Shown here piece after piece: positions 10,793 through 21,266 of a DNA stretch of 64,000 nucleotides. The DNA lies in the NCBI GenBank assembly GCA_034226945.1, contig CP120462.1:744001-808000 (forward strand), written 5' to 3'. The notes under the pieces are model-generated. The model saw nothing but the letters and a program-made list of their open reading frames with translations. It searched no databases and had not been told where the DNA came from. This DNA comes from Picochlorum sp. SENEW3. Taxonomy: Eukaryota. The translations under genes were made by a program, and so were the position numbers. Each line of letters begins with the position of its first letter. The stretch's first letter is position 1.

Positions 10793-12580
10793 ATGGCTGT
10801 ATGTATGGACAGAATGCCTCGGGTAAGGTTGCCCAAGGCAACACAAACAACATGTGGACGTGAGACATGCGGTCGTTTGGGTTTCAAGCACGCCCCTTTG
10901 AGGGCCGATCATCTCTCCTATCGCAACAATACAGTACGATATGTATCACCCAAGGTATATCGATCGAGTTATGCGTCAATGCGCGGGACGAGTAGAGTGG
11001 TCAGAGCTCGAGCAGGTACAGACAACGTCGAGACAGACGTGGTTGTGGTCGGATCTGGGATTGGTGGGTTGTGTTGTGCTGCTCTTTTGGCTCGATATGG
11101 ATACTCTGTGACTGTATGCGAAGCTCATTATCATGCTGGAGGAGCTGCGCATGGTTTTGAGGTGGATGGGTACACATTTGATGCTGGGCCTTCATTTTTT
11201 GCTGGACTGTCTGGTCCTCCAGGGAATTCCACAAATCCTCTCAAACAGGTATTAGATGCAATCGGTGAGAGTGTCGACTGCGTCACATATGATTCGTGGA
11301 TAACATATACTCCCGAGGGAACATTTCCATGTGTATGCAATCGCGAGGAGTATGTGGGCATGATTAGAAAGATGGGTGGTCCGACTGCCTATAGGCAGTG
11401 GTGTGAGCTCGAACGGAGAATGAAACCGCTTCAGAAAGGAGCGTCTCTCTTCCCTGCTGCTGCCATACGAAGTGATCTGGGTATCATTTTGACAGCCATG
11501 CAGTTGGGCCCAGGATTGCTCTCTACAGCATTTTCAGCAAAGCAGTTGACTGGGCCCTTCTCAGATATCGTGGACCCAGTCGTGACTGATCCATGGTTGA
11601 GAAATTTCTTGGACCTCGAATGCTTTGTCTTGTCTGGGATGAAGGCCAAAGATACGATTGCTGCAGAAATGGCATTCATGTTTATGGAGAGAAATGGTGG
11701 CTCATCCACCATTGATTATCCGCTTGGTGGCTCGGGTGCCATTGTAGATGCCCTTGTCAGAGGTATTGAAAAATACGGAGGCCGTGTCATGCTATCCAGT
11801 CCAGTCGATAGAATCCTCATGGATGGCCGTAGAGCTGCTGGAGTGAGCTTGAAAAAGGGCAAGAAAACAATCATGGCACGCAGAGCAGTAGTGTCAAATG
11901 CATCTGTGTGGGACACGGCCAAATTATTGCAAGCATCATCTCCCAGCGGTACATACAACAATCTTATCAATGACTACATGAAGACGCCGACGACTGGCAG
12001 CTTTATGCATCTTCATCTCGGCATCAATGCAGAAGATCTTCCCAAAGACTTGGAATGCCACCATTTGGTGGTGAATGATTGGACAGACATAGAATCCCCT
12101 CAGAATGTCTGCATAGCCAGCATACCATCCGTGTTCGACTCATCCTTGGCACCTCCAGGAAAAGCAGTCGTCCATTGCTATACAGCTGGAAATGAGCCGT
12201 GGGATGTATGGAAGAATGTCAAACCAGGGACTCTGGAATATGATGAATTAAAGCAATCCAGAACCCAATGTCTATGGAATGCACTGGAACGAGTCATCCC
12301 TGACATCAAAGATAGAGCCGAGCTCATCCTTGAGGGCACACCACATACGCATGCGCGATTCTTACGCAGACACCAGGGCACCTATGGTCCTGCCATTAGC
12401 GCACAGACATCATCATTCCCAGGACCCATCACACCAGTCCCTCAGCTCTATAGATGCGGAGATAGCTGCCAACCAGGCATTGGAGTACCAGCTGCTGCAG
12501 CAAGTGGTATGATTCTTGCCAACACACTCGCACCCATCCACAAGCATTTGGATATGATTCGCCAGTTGAAACTCGTGTAA
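10793..12580 (+). CDS. Carotenoid isomerase/phytoene desaturase-family FAD oxidoreductase (CRTISO-like)
   Basis: VVVVGSGIGGL FAD motif, FDAGPSFF, GTPHTHARFLRR, CGDSCQPGIGVPAAAASG; transit-peptide-like N-terminus; exact start uncertain. Confidence 0.88.
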   Translation: MAVCMDRMPRVRLPKATQTTCGRETCGRLGFKHAPLRADHLSYRNNTVRYVSPKVYRSSYASMRGTSRVVRARAGTDNVETDVVVVGSGIGGLCCAALLARYGYSVTVCEAHYHAGGAAHGFEVDGYTFDAGPSFFAGLSGPPGNSTNPLKQVLDAIGESVDCVTYDSWITYTPEGTFPCVCNREEYVGMIRKMGGPTAYRQWCELERRMKPLQKGASLFPAAAIRSDLGIILTAMQLGPGLLSTAFSAKQLTGPFSDIVDPVVTDPWLRNFLDLECFVLSGMKAKDTIAAEMAFMFMERNGGSSTIDYPLGGSGAIVDALVRGIEKYGGRVMLSSPVDRILMDGRRAAGVSLKKGKKTIMARRAVVSNASVWDTAKLLQASSPSGTYNNLINDYMKTPTTGSFMHLHLGINAEDLPKDLECHHLVVNDWTDIESPQNVCIASIPSVFDSSLAPPGKAVVHCYTAGNEPWDVWKNVKPGTLEYDELKQSRTQCLWNALERVIPDIKDRAELILEGTPHTHARFLRRHQGTYGPAISAQTSSFPGPITPVPQLYRCGDSCQPGIGVPAAAASGMILANTLAPIHKHLDMIRQLKLV

Positions 12581-12615
12581 CACATTCATCCACATCCCTC
12601 AGGGATGACTTCTGC

Positions 12616-13484
12616 ATGGGTGAGGAAGATGGTGTCACATCCAAACCCAAACCATCCGTAATTTTAAATTTAACAAATAAATACATGAGTGACAGTCTTT
12701 GGTCAAGTTCTTCTGCCAGTGGTGGTAACCAAGGCTGTGACATGAACTCTAGTAACAAACAAATACACATCTATGTCGACAAACAACTGCGTCAGTCATT
12801 TAGTGTGTGTAAAACACTGTCAGAAGATAAGCAAGAAGTACAAATAAATGCTACTTTATTAGACGTGTTGTTTGACGACACTCGAGACGGTGACATTATT
12901 CTGAGCTCGGTTCGGATTACGACGACACCTGAGGCAAAGCCAGTAGCAACAGATGAATTACAGAAATGTGCTGGAAATAAGGTTTTATTCACAAGTTCAG
13001 TCTCAATGCTGCTTGCAATGAATACGGAATCTGAGATCACTCTCTGGTTCATGACACCAGCTGGGCAGGCCAGGGCTGCTCAGGAAGCTCTTCATGCTGG
13101 TGCGAAGCGCATGAAAACCAGTCATGATGACCAGGATGCATTACCACTAGATCAACAATTTGTTCATGAATTCGCGACCAAAATTGCTGAATTGTTTTTG
13201 CGTACAGATGATATTCATTTGAAAATGTGTGCTGAACTGTGCACATGTTTCTTGACGGATATTCTTAGGCCCAATGTCGAGTACTGTGATATTGCTAGAA
13301 AGTACGTTGTATTAATTACTCTCAATACATCCCCATGACACTGTGTAGATTGTAGTGGCGATTGTTTTGCAGAGCATTAAGGTCATACAGAAATAGCTCG
13401 AAGAAGCGTCTCATGGAGAAGAATGGCAACGATACAAAACACTCAGCTACTGGATCTCCTGCTAGGTACGACACTGCCATGTGA
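12616..13484 (+). CDS. Hypothetical protein, probably 2 exons
   Basis: ORF 12616..13338 with donor AA|GTACGT at 13302 and acceptor TTGCAG| at 13372 extending the frame to TGA at 13484; start may be ATG 12685. Confidence 0.5.
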
Positions 13485-14082
13485 ATTATATATTTATTAG
13501 ACAGGAAGCGTTGACATGTATGTGTACTGTAATACAGGAAGGATAAGCATCACCACGATGAACAATGCTGTTGGTTCGTAACCACGACCCTCTTGAACCT
13601 GGCAACAAATATTGAAAGATTGAATCAGAAGGATCAACTAAATAACATCACAAGTACTGCAAGACTTGTCTATTTCACGCTGTATGTGAATAGAGATGAG
13701 GCAATACCAGATTTACCAAGTCATTTGAAGTCCAAACTGTTGATTGATTGATATGTAAAGAGCTGTGTATCACACCAATGTATGTCAATACAAGCATGGC
13801 ATAATCCTGATGATATGTGCATGCTTTGTATATACTTTAATACAACACAGCAGCGTGTTATTCATCTGCCATCACAATGATGCTATCCATCATCATTTGC
13901 CCAATGAATTAATTGGGCTCTCTCTCTCTCTATGTATATATAGTGGCAAGCCTGAAGCAAATGCTAGCATGTGGGTGGTGTATCCACCAGGGCATCCAAT
14001 TCTTCTGTGAGATGGTAATCCCTACCCTACCAGGTACTATAAAAAAATTAGCAATAAATAATAAAAACAATGAAAGAGGAGA

Positions 14083-14622
14083 ATGGCATCTAGATTCTTT
14101 AGATCGTCGATCGGATGGGGTTTATCAGCCCTCTGCGCATACGCCACATGTGACGCAACCGCAGATGCCATCATGTATTTGAAAACAAAGCAATGGATCG
14201 ACGATGCCATTAAGAAGAGACCTGATTTCATTCAATCGTTATCCGCGTCGGCCACTGTCGATACGGAGGGAGGAAAGGAGCCGCAAACGTCTCTGCAGCT
14301 GGGTCCGTGGTATGACTCTTCAGTCACATTTTCTCATCAGGGCATGATTGCCACTATAACAATGCCGTGTCGGGGGGACACACAGGCATCTGATATCACG
14401 GTCAAAGCTATTAGAAAGGGAGGGCTGCGATGGACGTTGCTGTATAATATAGTTGATGGGTCATGGGATGTGGTCATGATGGATGCACTTGTTGGAATGA
14501 GAGGAGGTGGCAAGCTCTTCTCAACAAGCTTGTTGGATCCAGATGCGTCTCAGCATGTACCAGGCGAGTCGCCATCATTTACTGCTACTACTACTACTAC
14601 TACTACCACTACTCCGCATTGA
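14083..14622 (+). CDS. Coa1/TIM21-like mitochondrial protein (cytochrome c oxidase assembly)
   Basis: N-terminal TM segment then LGPWYDSSVTFSHQGMIATITMPCRG, as in plant Coa1-domain proteins. Confidence 0.65.
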   Translation: MASRFFRSSIGWGLSALCAYATCDATADAIMYLKTKQWIDDAIKKRPDFIQSLSASATVDTEGGKEPQTSLQLGPWYDSSVTFSHQGMIATITMPCRGDTQASDITVKAIRKGGLRWTLLYNIVDGSWDVVMMDALVGMRGGGKLFSTSLLDPDASQHVPGESPSFTATTTTTTTTTPH

Positions 14623-14653
14623 TGGTATAGTTACATTATGTATGTATGTATGT
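14587..14653. repeat. Microsatellites (TAC)n and (ATGT)n
   Basis: TAC run encodes the C-terminal poly-Thr; ATGT run follows in the 3' flank. Confidence 0.8.
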
Positions 14654-15238
14654 GTATCAGCATGCTTTGGGATGGATGGATATTTCTGGACACCTTTGCT
14701 GCACAAAGGTTTGCAAGGAAGAGCAACAACATCTTTTTCCTTCTTCAGACGACATGGAAATTGAGCAATTGTATAAATTTTGTTGCTTACGGCACCCATG
14801 AATGCCATGCATGCATAGCGTGATCCAGGGAGTACCCCCAGGGTATGGACTTCAAGATTGACATCTTGTTGATCTTTTGTCATGCAAGGTATGTCACTCA
14901 CAACCAACTTTTAAAGAAAGAAAGAAAGGCTCTGCTTGTATTCCTTTGATGCCATCTTCTTTATGATTGATGTCCCACATCATGTGTTGGAGGCATTGAC
15001 AGTTTTGGCAGATTTGAATGACATGATTGAGATTTCGGACCGCCTGGCATCCATCAAGAATCATTCTTGAAGAATGTGGTCGGCTGATTCACCAAGAAAT
15101 GCAATCACCACCACGAGTATATTTTTATATATAAATACACTATTATTTTATTAAAAAGAACTAGTTGCATCAGATCAAGAGAAGAATATCGTCGCAACGA
15201 GTCGATTGTGTTCCGTTCAACATTTAAACAACAACGCC

Positions 15239-15817
15239 ATGGCAACAATAACAGCATCAGACCGAGCTTTCGGAAACAGCATTGAAAACAATTGCGTTGC
15301 TCCAGTTGCAAATAAAAAAAGACCAAGAGATGATGAACTGGAATCCCTTCGAAAGGAGAGAGACCAACTGAAAGCTGCCCTGGCAGCAACGCAACAAGAG
15401 CTCGAGACTCTCAAGAAACAGTACGAGCCAAGCGAGGAGGATGTGGCAAAATCAGTCGAATCATTACGATGTGATCTCGCGCGTCAAATTCGCAAGGCCA
15501 TGGTCTGGAGACCGTCGTGCAAAACAAACGGTGCTCGTCTGTCAGTTGTCTTTCCAAATGTGAGCCGAGCAGAGTACAGAGGGTTGATTGGAGCTGAGAA
15601 GTTTGACAAAATGTCAAAGGGCAAGAAGGCTGAGAAGAAGACTTTCACGTACAGTGCAAAGACTGCTGAGGAGGTGGAGAGTATTCTGGGCGACCTTCCA
15701 GGTGCCAGCATTCGGTATGGTGGGTGGCTCTCCCTCTCTTTTCAAGGTCAGGGTCTGAGACTGGTGTATGATACAACCACTCGAAAGCTGACTGCGGCTG
15801 GCAAATATGTTCTCTAA
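15239..15817 (+). CDS. Hypothetical coiled-coil protein with a small C-terminal globular domain
   Basis: ATG 15239; KKRPR NLS-like motif, coiled coil, then MVWRPSCK...IRYGGW...AGKY. Confidence 0.6.
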   Translation: MATITASDRAFGNSIENNCVAPVANKKRPRDDELESLRKERDQLKAALAATQQELETLKKQYEPSEEDVAKSVESLRCDLARQIRKAMVWRPSCKTNGARLSVVFPNVSRAEYRGLIGAEKFDKMSKGKKAEKKTFTYSAKTAEEVESILGDLPGASIRYGGWLSLSFQGQGLRLVYDTTTRKLTAAGKYVL

Positions 15818-16215
15818 GAAGTCTACTCTGTATGTCAAATAATAATAATACACGCTTCTTTACTGAATAATGTTGTACTCTTTCATAGGATGGATTCAAC
15901 ATGATGTGAGAGTGAGTTTCCAACAACAACAACAGAATTCAAAGGCCATCTCAAATGTATCTAATTAGGAAGAGTCCAGCGTAGTCAATGGACGCCTGTC
16001 CTATTTTTTATCAAGCCACTGTTTTTCTTCTAAAAAGGTTCAACATAGTATTGTAATAAAAAATTGGCATGTCATTATTACTGTATATAAATAATCACCA
16101 TGGAATGAAGAACAAGGAAGAAGAAATAAGAGTGGTAGAAGCAATCGTCATGTTCGAATTTCGGTTGTGGCACGCTGTGCCACGGTAGGCATCGATAGCA
16201 TACAAATATATACTA

Positions 16216-17235
16216 GTGATGGATCAGTCGAATAAAGACAATAGAGTGAAGAACCCGTTTGCCAGTTTTCGGGTGTTGCCAAAAGAACAGGATGGTGGTT
16301 CGCGAGAGAAAGCACCTGTTCGCAAGGTTGTCCTGGCTCCTGCAAAGCCTGTTGCTGCGTATAAAAATGATTCAAAATCAGCGGCTGTTTTGTCGAATTT
16401 CTTACGACGAGGGAATAGTGTGAAGACGGAAAGGAGACAGAACACTGGTGGTGGGGGTACAAAGGCTGTTCAGGTGTCGTTGGCGAGTCTGCGTCGGAAG
16501 AGTGCGGATGCGCGGCCGTTTGTTGATAGGAGTGTATTGGATGAGTGTACGAATAGGAATAGTGGGGAAGACAGGAGCGTTGCACCAGCTCCTGTTGAAG
16601 AGATTAATTTGGTGAGCAGTGATGATGATGAGAAGGATCAGCGCCTTGGCGGACAGATGGAGTATGAAAAAGTAGAGTACCCTTGTAAAGAGCGTATATC
16701 GACGGGTGTAGCTATATTTGATACGGTGTCGGACTTTGAGGGCAGTGGTGATGAGGAAGGGTATAGTCAGGAAGAAGAAAATGAGGAGGACTGGCATGGT
16801 GACGATGCAAAGGATGTCATACTCCCGGTTGGAAATCTTCATGGACTGCCGGATATGGTCATGGTTAATGGTTTGATGCAGCCTTGGTGGAAGAGGCTGT
16901 CTGATTTTGTGCCGATATCTGAGCTGGCGGGGGGGATTAATCCGAGGGATGGATCCCAGGTGACTATTGATTTTGCATCTCAATTCAAAGGGACGAGCAT
17001 GCCTTCGCCTGGATCGGAGAAGAAAAGGAATCAAACAAAGAAGAACATATCGTCTCAATCGAAAGGATACTGGATATCGGATGAGAATGGAGAGAAATGC
17101 TTTGTGACTCCCACAGGAGATACACTGCGTGGACGAGCTGGGTATGTTGCCTACACTCGGAGTAGAAAGAGTTCATCGTCGGCCCAACGTCCACGTAAAC
17201 GGCGAAAAAAAGCAAAGAAGAAAGCAAAGAAATAA
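16216..17235 (+). CDS. Hypothetical nuclear protein (acidic middle, Lys/Arg-rich tail)
   Basis: 339-aa ORF (ATG 16219); WWKRLSDFVP and GYWISDENGEKCFVTPTGDTLRGRAGY blocks; RPRKRRKK tail. Confidence 0.6.
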   Translation: MMDQSNKDNRVKNPFASFRVLPKEQDGGSREKAPVRKVVLAPAKPVAAYKNDSKSAAVLSNFLRRGNSVKTERRQNTGGGGTKAVQVSLASLRRKSADARPFVDRSVLDECTNRNSGEDRSVAPAPVEEINLVSSDDDEKDQRLGGQMEYEKVEYPCKERISTGVAIFDTVSDFEGSGDEEGYSQEEENEEDWHGDDAKDVILPVGNLHGLPDMVMVNGLMQPWWKRLSDFVPISELAGGINPRDGSQVTIDFASQFKGTSMPSPGSEKKRNQTKKNISSQSKGYWISDENGEKCFVTPTGDTLRGRAGYVAYTRSRKSSSSAQRPRKRRKKAKKKAKK

Positions 17236-17240
17236 TATAG

Positions 17241-18861
17241 TTACGTCAATATAGATAATAAATTTCTATGTACCTCTCCGTAAATCACAGAGCGATCAAT
17301 GACTTCTCCATCAATCACTAGCCATGTGTTTTCTGCAACAGGATTGATTCGAAAAGCGCGCACGTCTCGTTCCTCGAGTAAATGCATATGATTTCCATGC
17401 TCTGCTTCTGTTAATAGTCTGAAAGATTTGGAGATTCCTTGTTTTCCGAGTGAATACAGAAAGTTGAATGTACCCTGATCGAGCTTGGCATGCGGATGAA
17501 GGTTGAAGTTCATGTCAAGCCATGGCATATTGCTGAGTGTAAACAACTGCACTGTACCATCAATCTCCTCGTCCCATACAATGCTTGTACTTTTACGATC
17601 ATCCGTGTCGACCCCTTTCACATTGCCCTCGCTGTCAAGGAGGGAAGAAAGCACATCAAGAGGTGGAGCCTTGTGACCCTGTGCCTGCACTCTGCCAGCA
17701 GCAGTTTGTTTCAGAAGGGAAATGGTCACAGGATACGTCTTCTGAGAGAAAATCTCTTGAATAGCACCCCAAATAAATCTGTTTCCTCCCATCCATCGCA
17801 GATGCTCTGTCCCAATATCCAAGTTTGCAACGAGACCATATGTAACTGAAAGAAACGAATAGAGACGCCGTCGTGTCTTTGGTTGGATTATAGATGCAAC
17901 ATCCATTCGTGACACGCGACCTTTAATAGCAGTATATGCTGCAGATGATACATCCCACATGCCGGTACTCGCAGCAAGGGCATTGCCGGACCCACATGGA
18001 ATCTGAACAAGATGCACATTGGAAACACAGTCTTCCCAGTCCACTCGATCCAACAAACCCTGAACAATCTCATGAAATGTTCCATCACCACCCGCTGACA
18101 TGATGACATCATACTTCCCGACCGTCACATCTTTTGCAATCTCAGTTGCATGGCGTGGGGCCTTTGTCACAACTTTGTCAATGCGCGCTTGAGCAGCCTT
18201 CAAGACTGGCAATGCATACTTTTCAATAAGCGCTTCCGCATTGCCCGTACCACTTTTTGGATTCATAATGATGAGAATATTCTTTTCAGAATATGCCTGT
18301 GTTGCCTGGTCAAAATATGTCTTGAGTGAAGAGTGTGCATTGGCCAAGTCCAACCATGGAGTGGTCCTCAATGACCGCACTGGTTTCTTGGCATCAGGGT
18401 TTACAACCGGCATATATACGAGCTGAATTCTACCTCTACACGATGTATCTCTCTGTGATGATTCCTCGTCAAGACGACATGCGATCAAATCCTCGCATTG
18501 TATCTACAGGAGCAAAACACCATGACTTCCTGGAGTTGAATACCAACAGGTTCAAATTGACAACTCACCTTCTCTACCCGCCTCCTCGGTGGTCCACAAT
18601 ATCCAAAAAATGGAACATATCGAGATGGAGATACCTGCGTGCCGATATATCAATCATGAGTGCTTTTCGATACCAGAACAATGTGTCGAACGACACAGTA
18701 ACTTGTAACCAAGACTATTGTCGGCAATGAATGGTACCTACGTATGTAATTTCAACATCTCCTTGATCTAGAATCGTAAGAGAACAGGAGCAATCGCCAT
18801 CCTCCGCCAGTGTCCCAACAAACTCTCGGGAGTTTTCCTGTAAGAGAGGTTCCTCCGTCAT
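17241..18861 (-). CDS. Sphingosine/long-chain-base kinase (DAGK family), spliced
   Basis: NPKSGTG, GGDGTFHE, IPCGSGNALA, IDGE motifs; probable first exon from ATG 18861 (MTEEPLL) and an acceptor near 18507; N-terminal exon structure uncertain. Confidence 0.88.
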
Positions 18862-18955
18862 TGCTCCCCGGTATCTCTCGTTTTACAGAGAATAAGATTA
18901 AAAAATATATTTTTTTGTTGTATTCACGAACGAGGACAGGCAGTCGAACAAATAT

Positions 18956-21022
18956 CTAATCTTCTTCCATGGGAGTAGGTTGAGCGATTCTGGGAATCAG
19001 TCGAGCAGGTTTGCTTTCAGGTGCTGGACTACACAGAATAATAGCCTTCTTCGGAGCTTTTTTGCTTCTACGAAGAGTCTTGTCTGGATGTATGACCTTG
19101 AAACCTTCGACTTCTTTGGGGGACCAGCGGGACTTGTCATCTCCATGTCCCAACTGTCCGCAGTCTCCTCTGCCCCATGTGAACAACGTTCCATTCTGTG
19201 CAATGGCTCCAGAATGCCAATCACCCGCACAGAGACAGCAAATGTTCTCGCCTAGAAGTTTATGTACGACGGAAAATGACCGCTGTGGCTCGAGTGAACC
19301 GATACCTAACTGACCATACGAGTTGTCTCCTGCTGCTCTCACTTCTTTTCTGCCAGTTGACTGGAGCAGCAGCAGCGTGTGCGCATGACCGCATTGAACC
19401 TGAATCACTCGGTGTAGAGAGTATGTCGACGCATCATTTGTATTATGTAACCATACCGGTGTAAACTGTCTAATAATACTAACGTCTGGTGAAGCTATAC
19501 CCAGTTGGCCATCCGTGTTGAGTCCAGCGCCAAGGATGTCCCCAGAGACAGTAAGGACCATGGAATGATACCCTCCTGCTGATATTGCCGTTATTCTATC
19601 ACATGAATTGAGTTTTTTGGGATGCAGCCTTTCGACCAGCCTTGGAAGAGGGCAGTTCATTGCAGGCGCTTGATGTTCCTCATCTAGAAAACCCAGCTGA
19701 CCATATTTGTTTGATCCCCAAGTAAACAGCTTACCATCTGCCGCTAATGCCATCGAATGGTGCTTTCCAGCAGATGCGCTGACCATTCTTTCGTGTTGAA
19801 TGGAGTCAACAATACTGAACATAGGCTCATCATGAAAATGTCCCAGTCCAAGCTCACCATGCCTGCCCCTTCCGCATGACCACAACTGTCCAGTCTGGGA
19901 GATTGCGAGACTATGATTTGACCCAGCACAAATGGATACTATTCTAGTGCGACCGAGATTGGATATCAGACGCGGAATGGTGAGTTCTGTTGGTGTCCAT
20001 CCACCATGACCAAGCTCCCCACTGCTAGCAAGTCCCCAGGTGAACACCTCCCCTTTTCTAGATACGGCGATGGAGTGATTGCTTCCAGCATGTACAACGG
20101 CAAGTCTAATATTTCCTGGGTTGTCTTTGTACAAATCTACCAGAGCATTCGCCTCCAGGACCTCCACACTTGATGGCGTGTTCACTGCCTCGTGATCCCC
20201 TCTACCAAGCTGTCCATGAAACCCTCGACCGAAAGAGTGCATGCCATACTCTGGCATCGCGCCTTGATCTCTATAAAATAGACACAGCGAGTGATATGAT
20301 CCCATAGACACGGCTGTACCCTGCGCGGCAGCTGCCGACTGATTTCTCATGAAATCAAGCAGCATGACATATGACTCTCCCTTGTCAAAGGACGGAATCA
20401 TTCCTTTGGCCCTCAAAATACTCTTCAAATGATGCCTCGCGACCTGCTCCGTGATTCCAGATTCTATAAAGTACGAGCATGTTGTCTCCATCCTTGCCAA
20501 ATCTCGAGCATCCAAATACCCCAGGATCTGCTCCAGGGCCTCCCGAGGCAGGAGGCCCAAGTATCCTGTCAGACGTCCATCTCGCTTATTGGACTCATGT
20601 GACACCATCACCACATCCGTTGGACTCGAGGACACGTGTCTTTTGCTTCGCTGGGGACTGACAGTGCATCTACCTTGAGTTGGTCGTTTGGCCCCAATTG
20701 CCAACGGCCTCAGACAGTCAGAATTCTCCCTTTCCTCTTGAGAAGAGCACATCGTGACTTTATTTCTTCGTGAAAAAATGATTCTTTGACCCGCATCAGC
20801 TGAAGATACGTCTTCTTGGGAAGTTCGATGGCGAAACCGTTGACACGCCCGATCGGAGAATGAGGCCATATCGTCATCAGTTGTACCTTCACGTCTACTA
20901 GTAGCAGCATTTGATCTATGTAGAGTATCTCGGGCTGCTGAAACACTCTGACTGAGACCATCCTCTGAGGCAGTCCTGTCAATCTCTCGTCGTTGCCTCC
21001 GAGTCCTGCTACGAGTCCTCAT
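18956..21022 (-). CDS. F-box + RCC1-repeat protein
   Basis: F-box-like LPREALEQILGYLDARDLARMETTC; repeated G.n.hGQLG / AG..HS RCC1 units. Confidence 0.85.
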   Translation of the reverse strand: MRTRSRTRRQRREIDRTASEDGLSQSVSAARDTLHRSNAATSRREGTTDDDMASFSDRACQRFRHRTSQEDVSSADAGQRIIFSRRNKVTMCSSQEERENSDCLRPLAIGAKRPTQGRCTVSPQRSKRHVSSSPTDVVMVSHESNKRDGRLTGYLGLLPREALEQILGYLDARDLARMETTCSYFIESGITEQVARHHLKSILRAKGMIPSFDKGESYVMLLDFMRNQSAAAAQGTAVSMGSYHSLCLFYRDQGAMPEYGMHSFGRGFHGQLGRGDHEAVNTPSSVEVLEANALVDLYKDNPGNIRLAVVHAGSNHSIAVSRKGEVFTWGLASSGELGHGGWTPTELTIPRLISNLGRTRIVSICAGSNHSLAISQTGQLWSCGRGRHGELGLGHFHDEPMFSIVDSIQHERMVSASAGKHHSMALAADGKLFTWGSNKYGQLGFLDEEHQAPAMNCPLPRLVERLHPKKLNSCDRITAISAGGYHSMVLTVSGDILGAGLNTDGQLGIASPDVSIIRQFTPVWLHNTNDASTYSLHRVIQVQCGHAHTLLLLQSTGRKEVRAAGDNSYGQLGIGSLEPQRSFSVVHKLLGENICCLCAGDWHSGAIAQNGTLFTWGRGDCGQLGHGDDKSRWSPKEVEGFKVIHPDKTLRRSKKAPKKAIILCSPAPESKPARLIPRIAQPTPMEED

Positions 21023-21266
21023 CCTCCCTACCGTTTCTCTATAACAAATCTACACGATTTATATATCGAAAGTGAATGAATGGGTTGGGGCAGATCCAGT
21101 ATTCAGGTCGTAAGACATTTTAACCGTCAAGATCTGCTTAATTAGACATATTCAAAATGTATATTTCTGCAAACGTGGCCACCATGGTATTGATCAGAAT
21201 TGATGTAGAGCTGATGCAATTCACTCGTTTACATGGCAGTATCAATATCACGCGATCACTCAAAAA

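Noticed and set aside
9775..13484. Three closely spaced same-strand genes as a polycistronic unit
   Set aside because: TGTAA signals at 10758 and 12576 argue for separate 3' ends, and the downstream starts may lie further in.
13580..13625. ACCCTCTTGAACCTG resembling a TPP riboswitch core
   Set aside because: No upstream CTGAGA, no downstream P5/TAAT..GCG..GGGA elements, and no thiamine gene nearby.
14971..15090. USE-like GTCCCACATC with a possible C/D snoRNA downstream
   Set aside because: No correctly spaced TATA, no canonical C box and no recognisable guide sequence.
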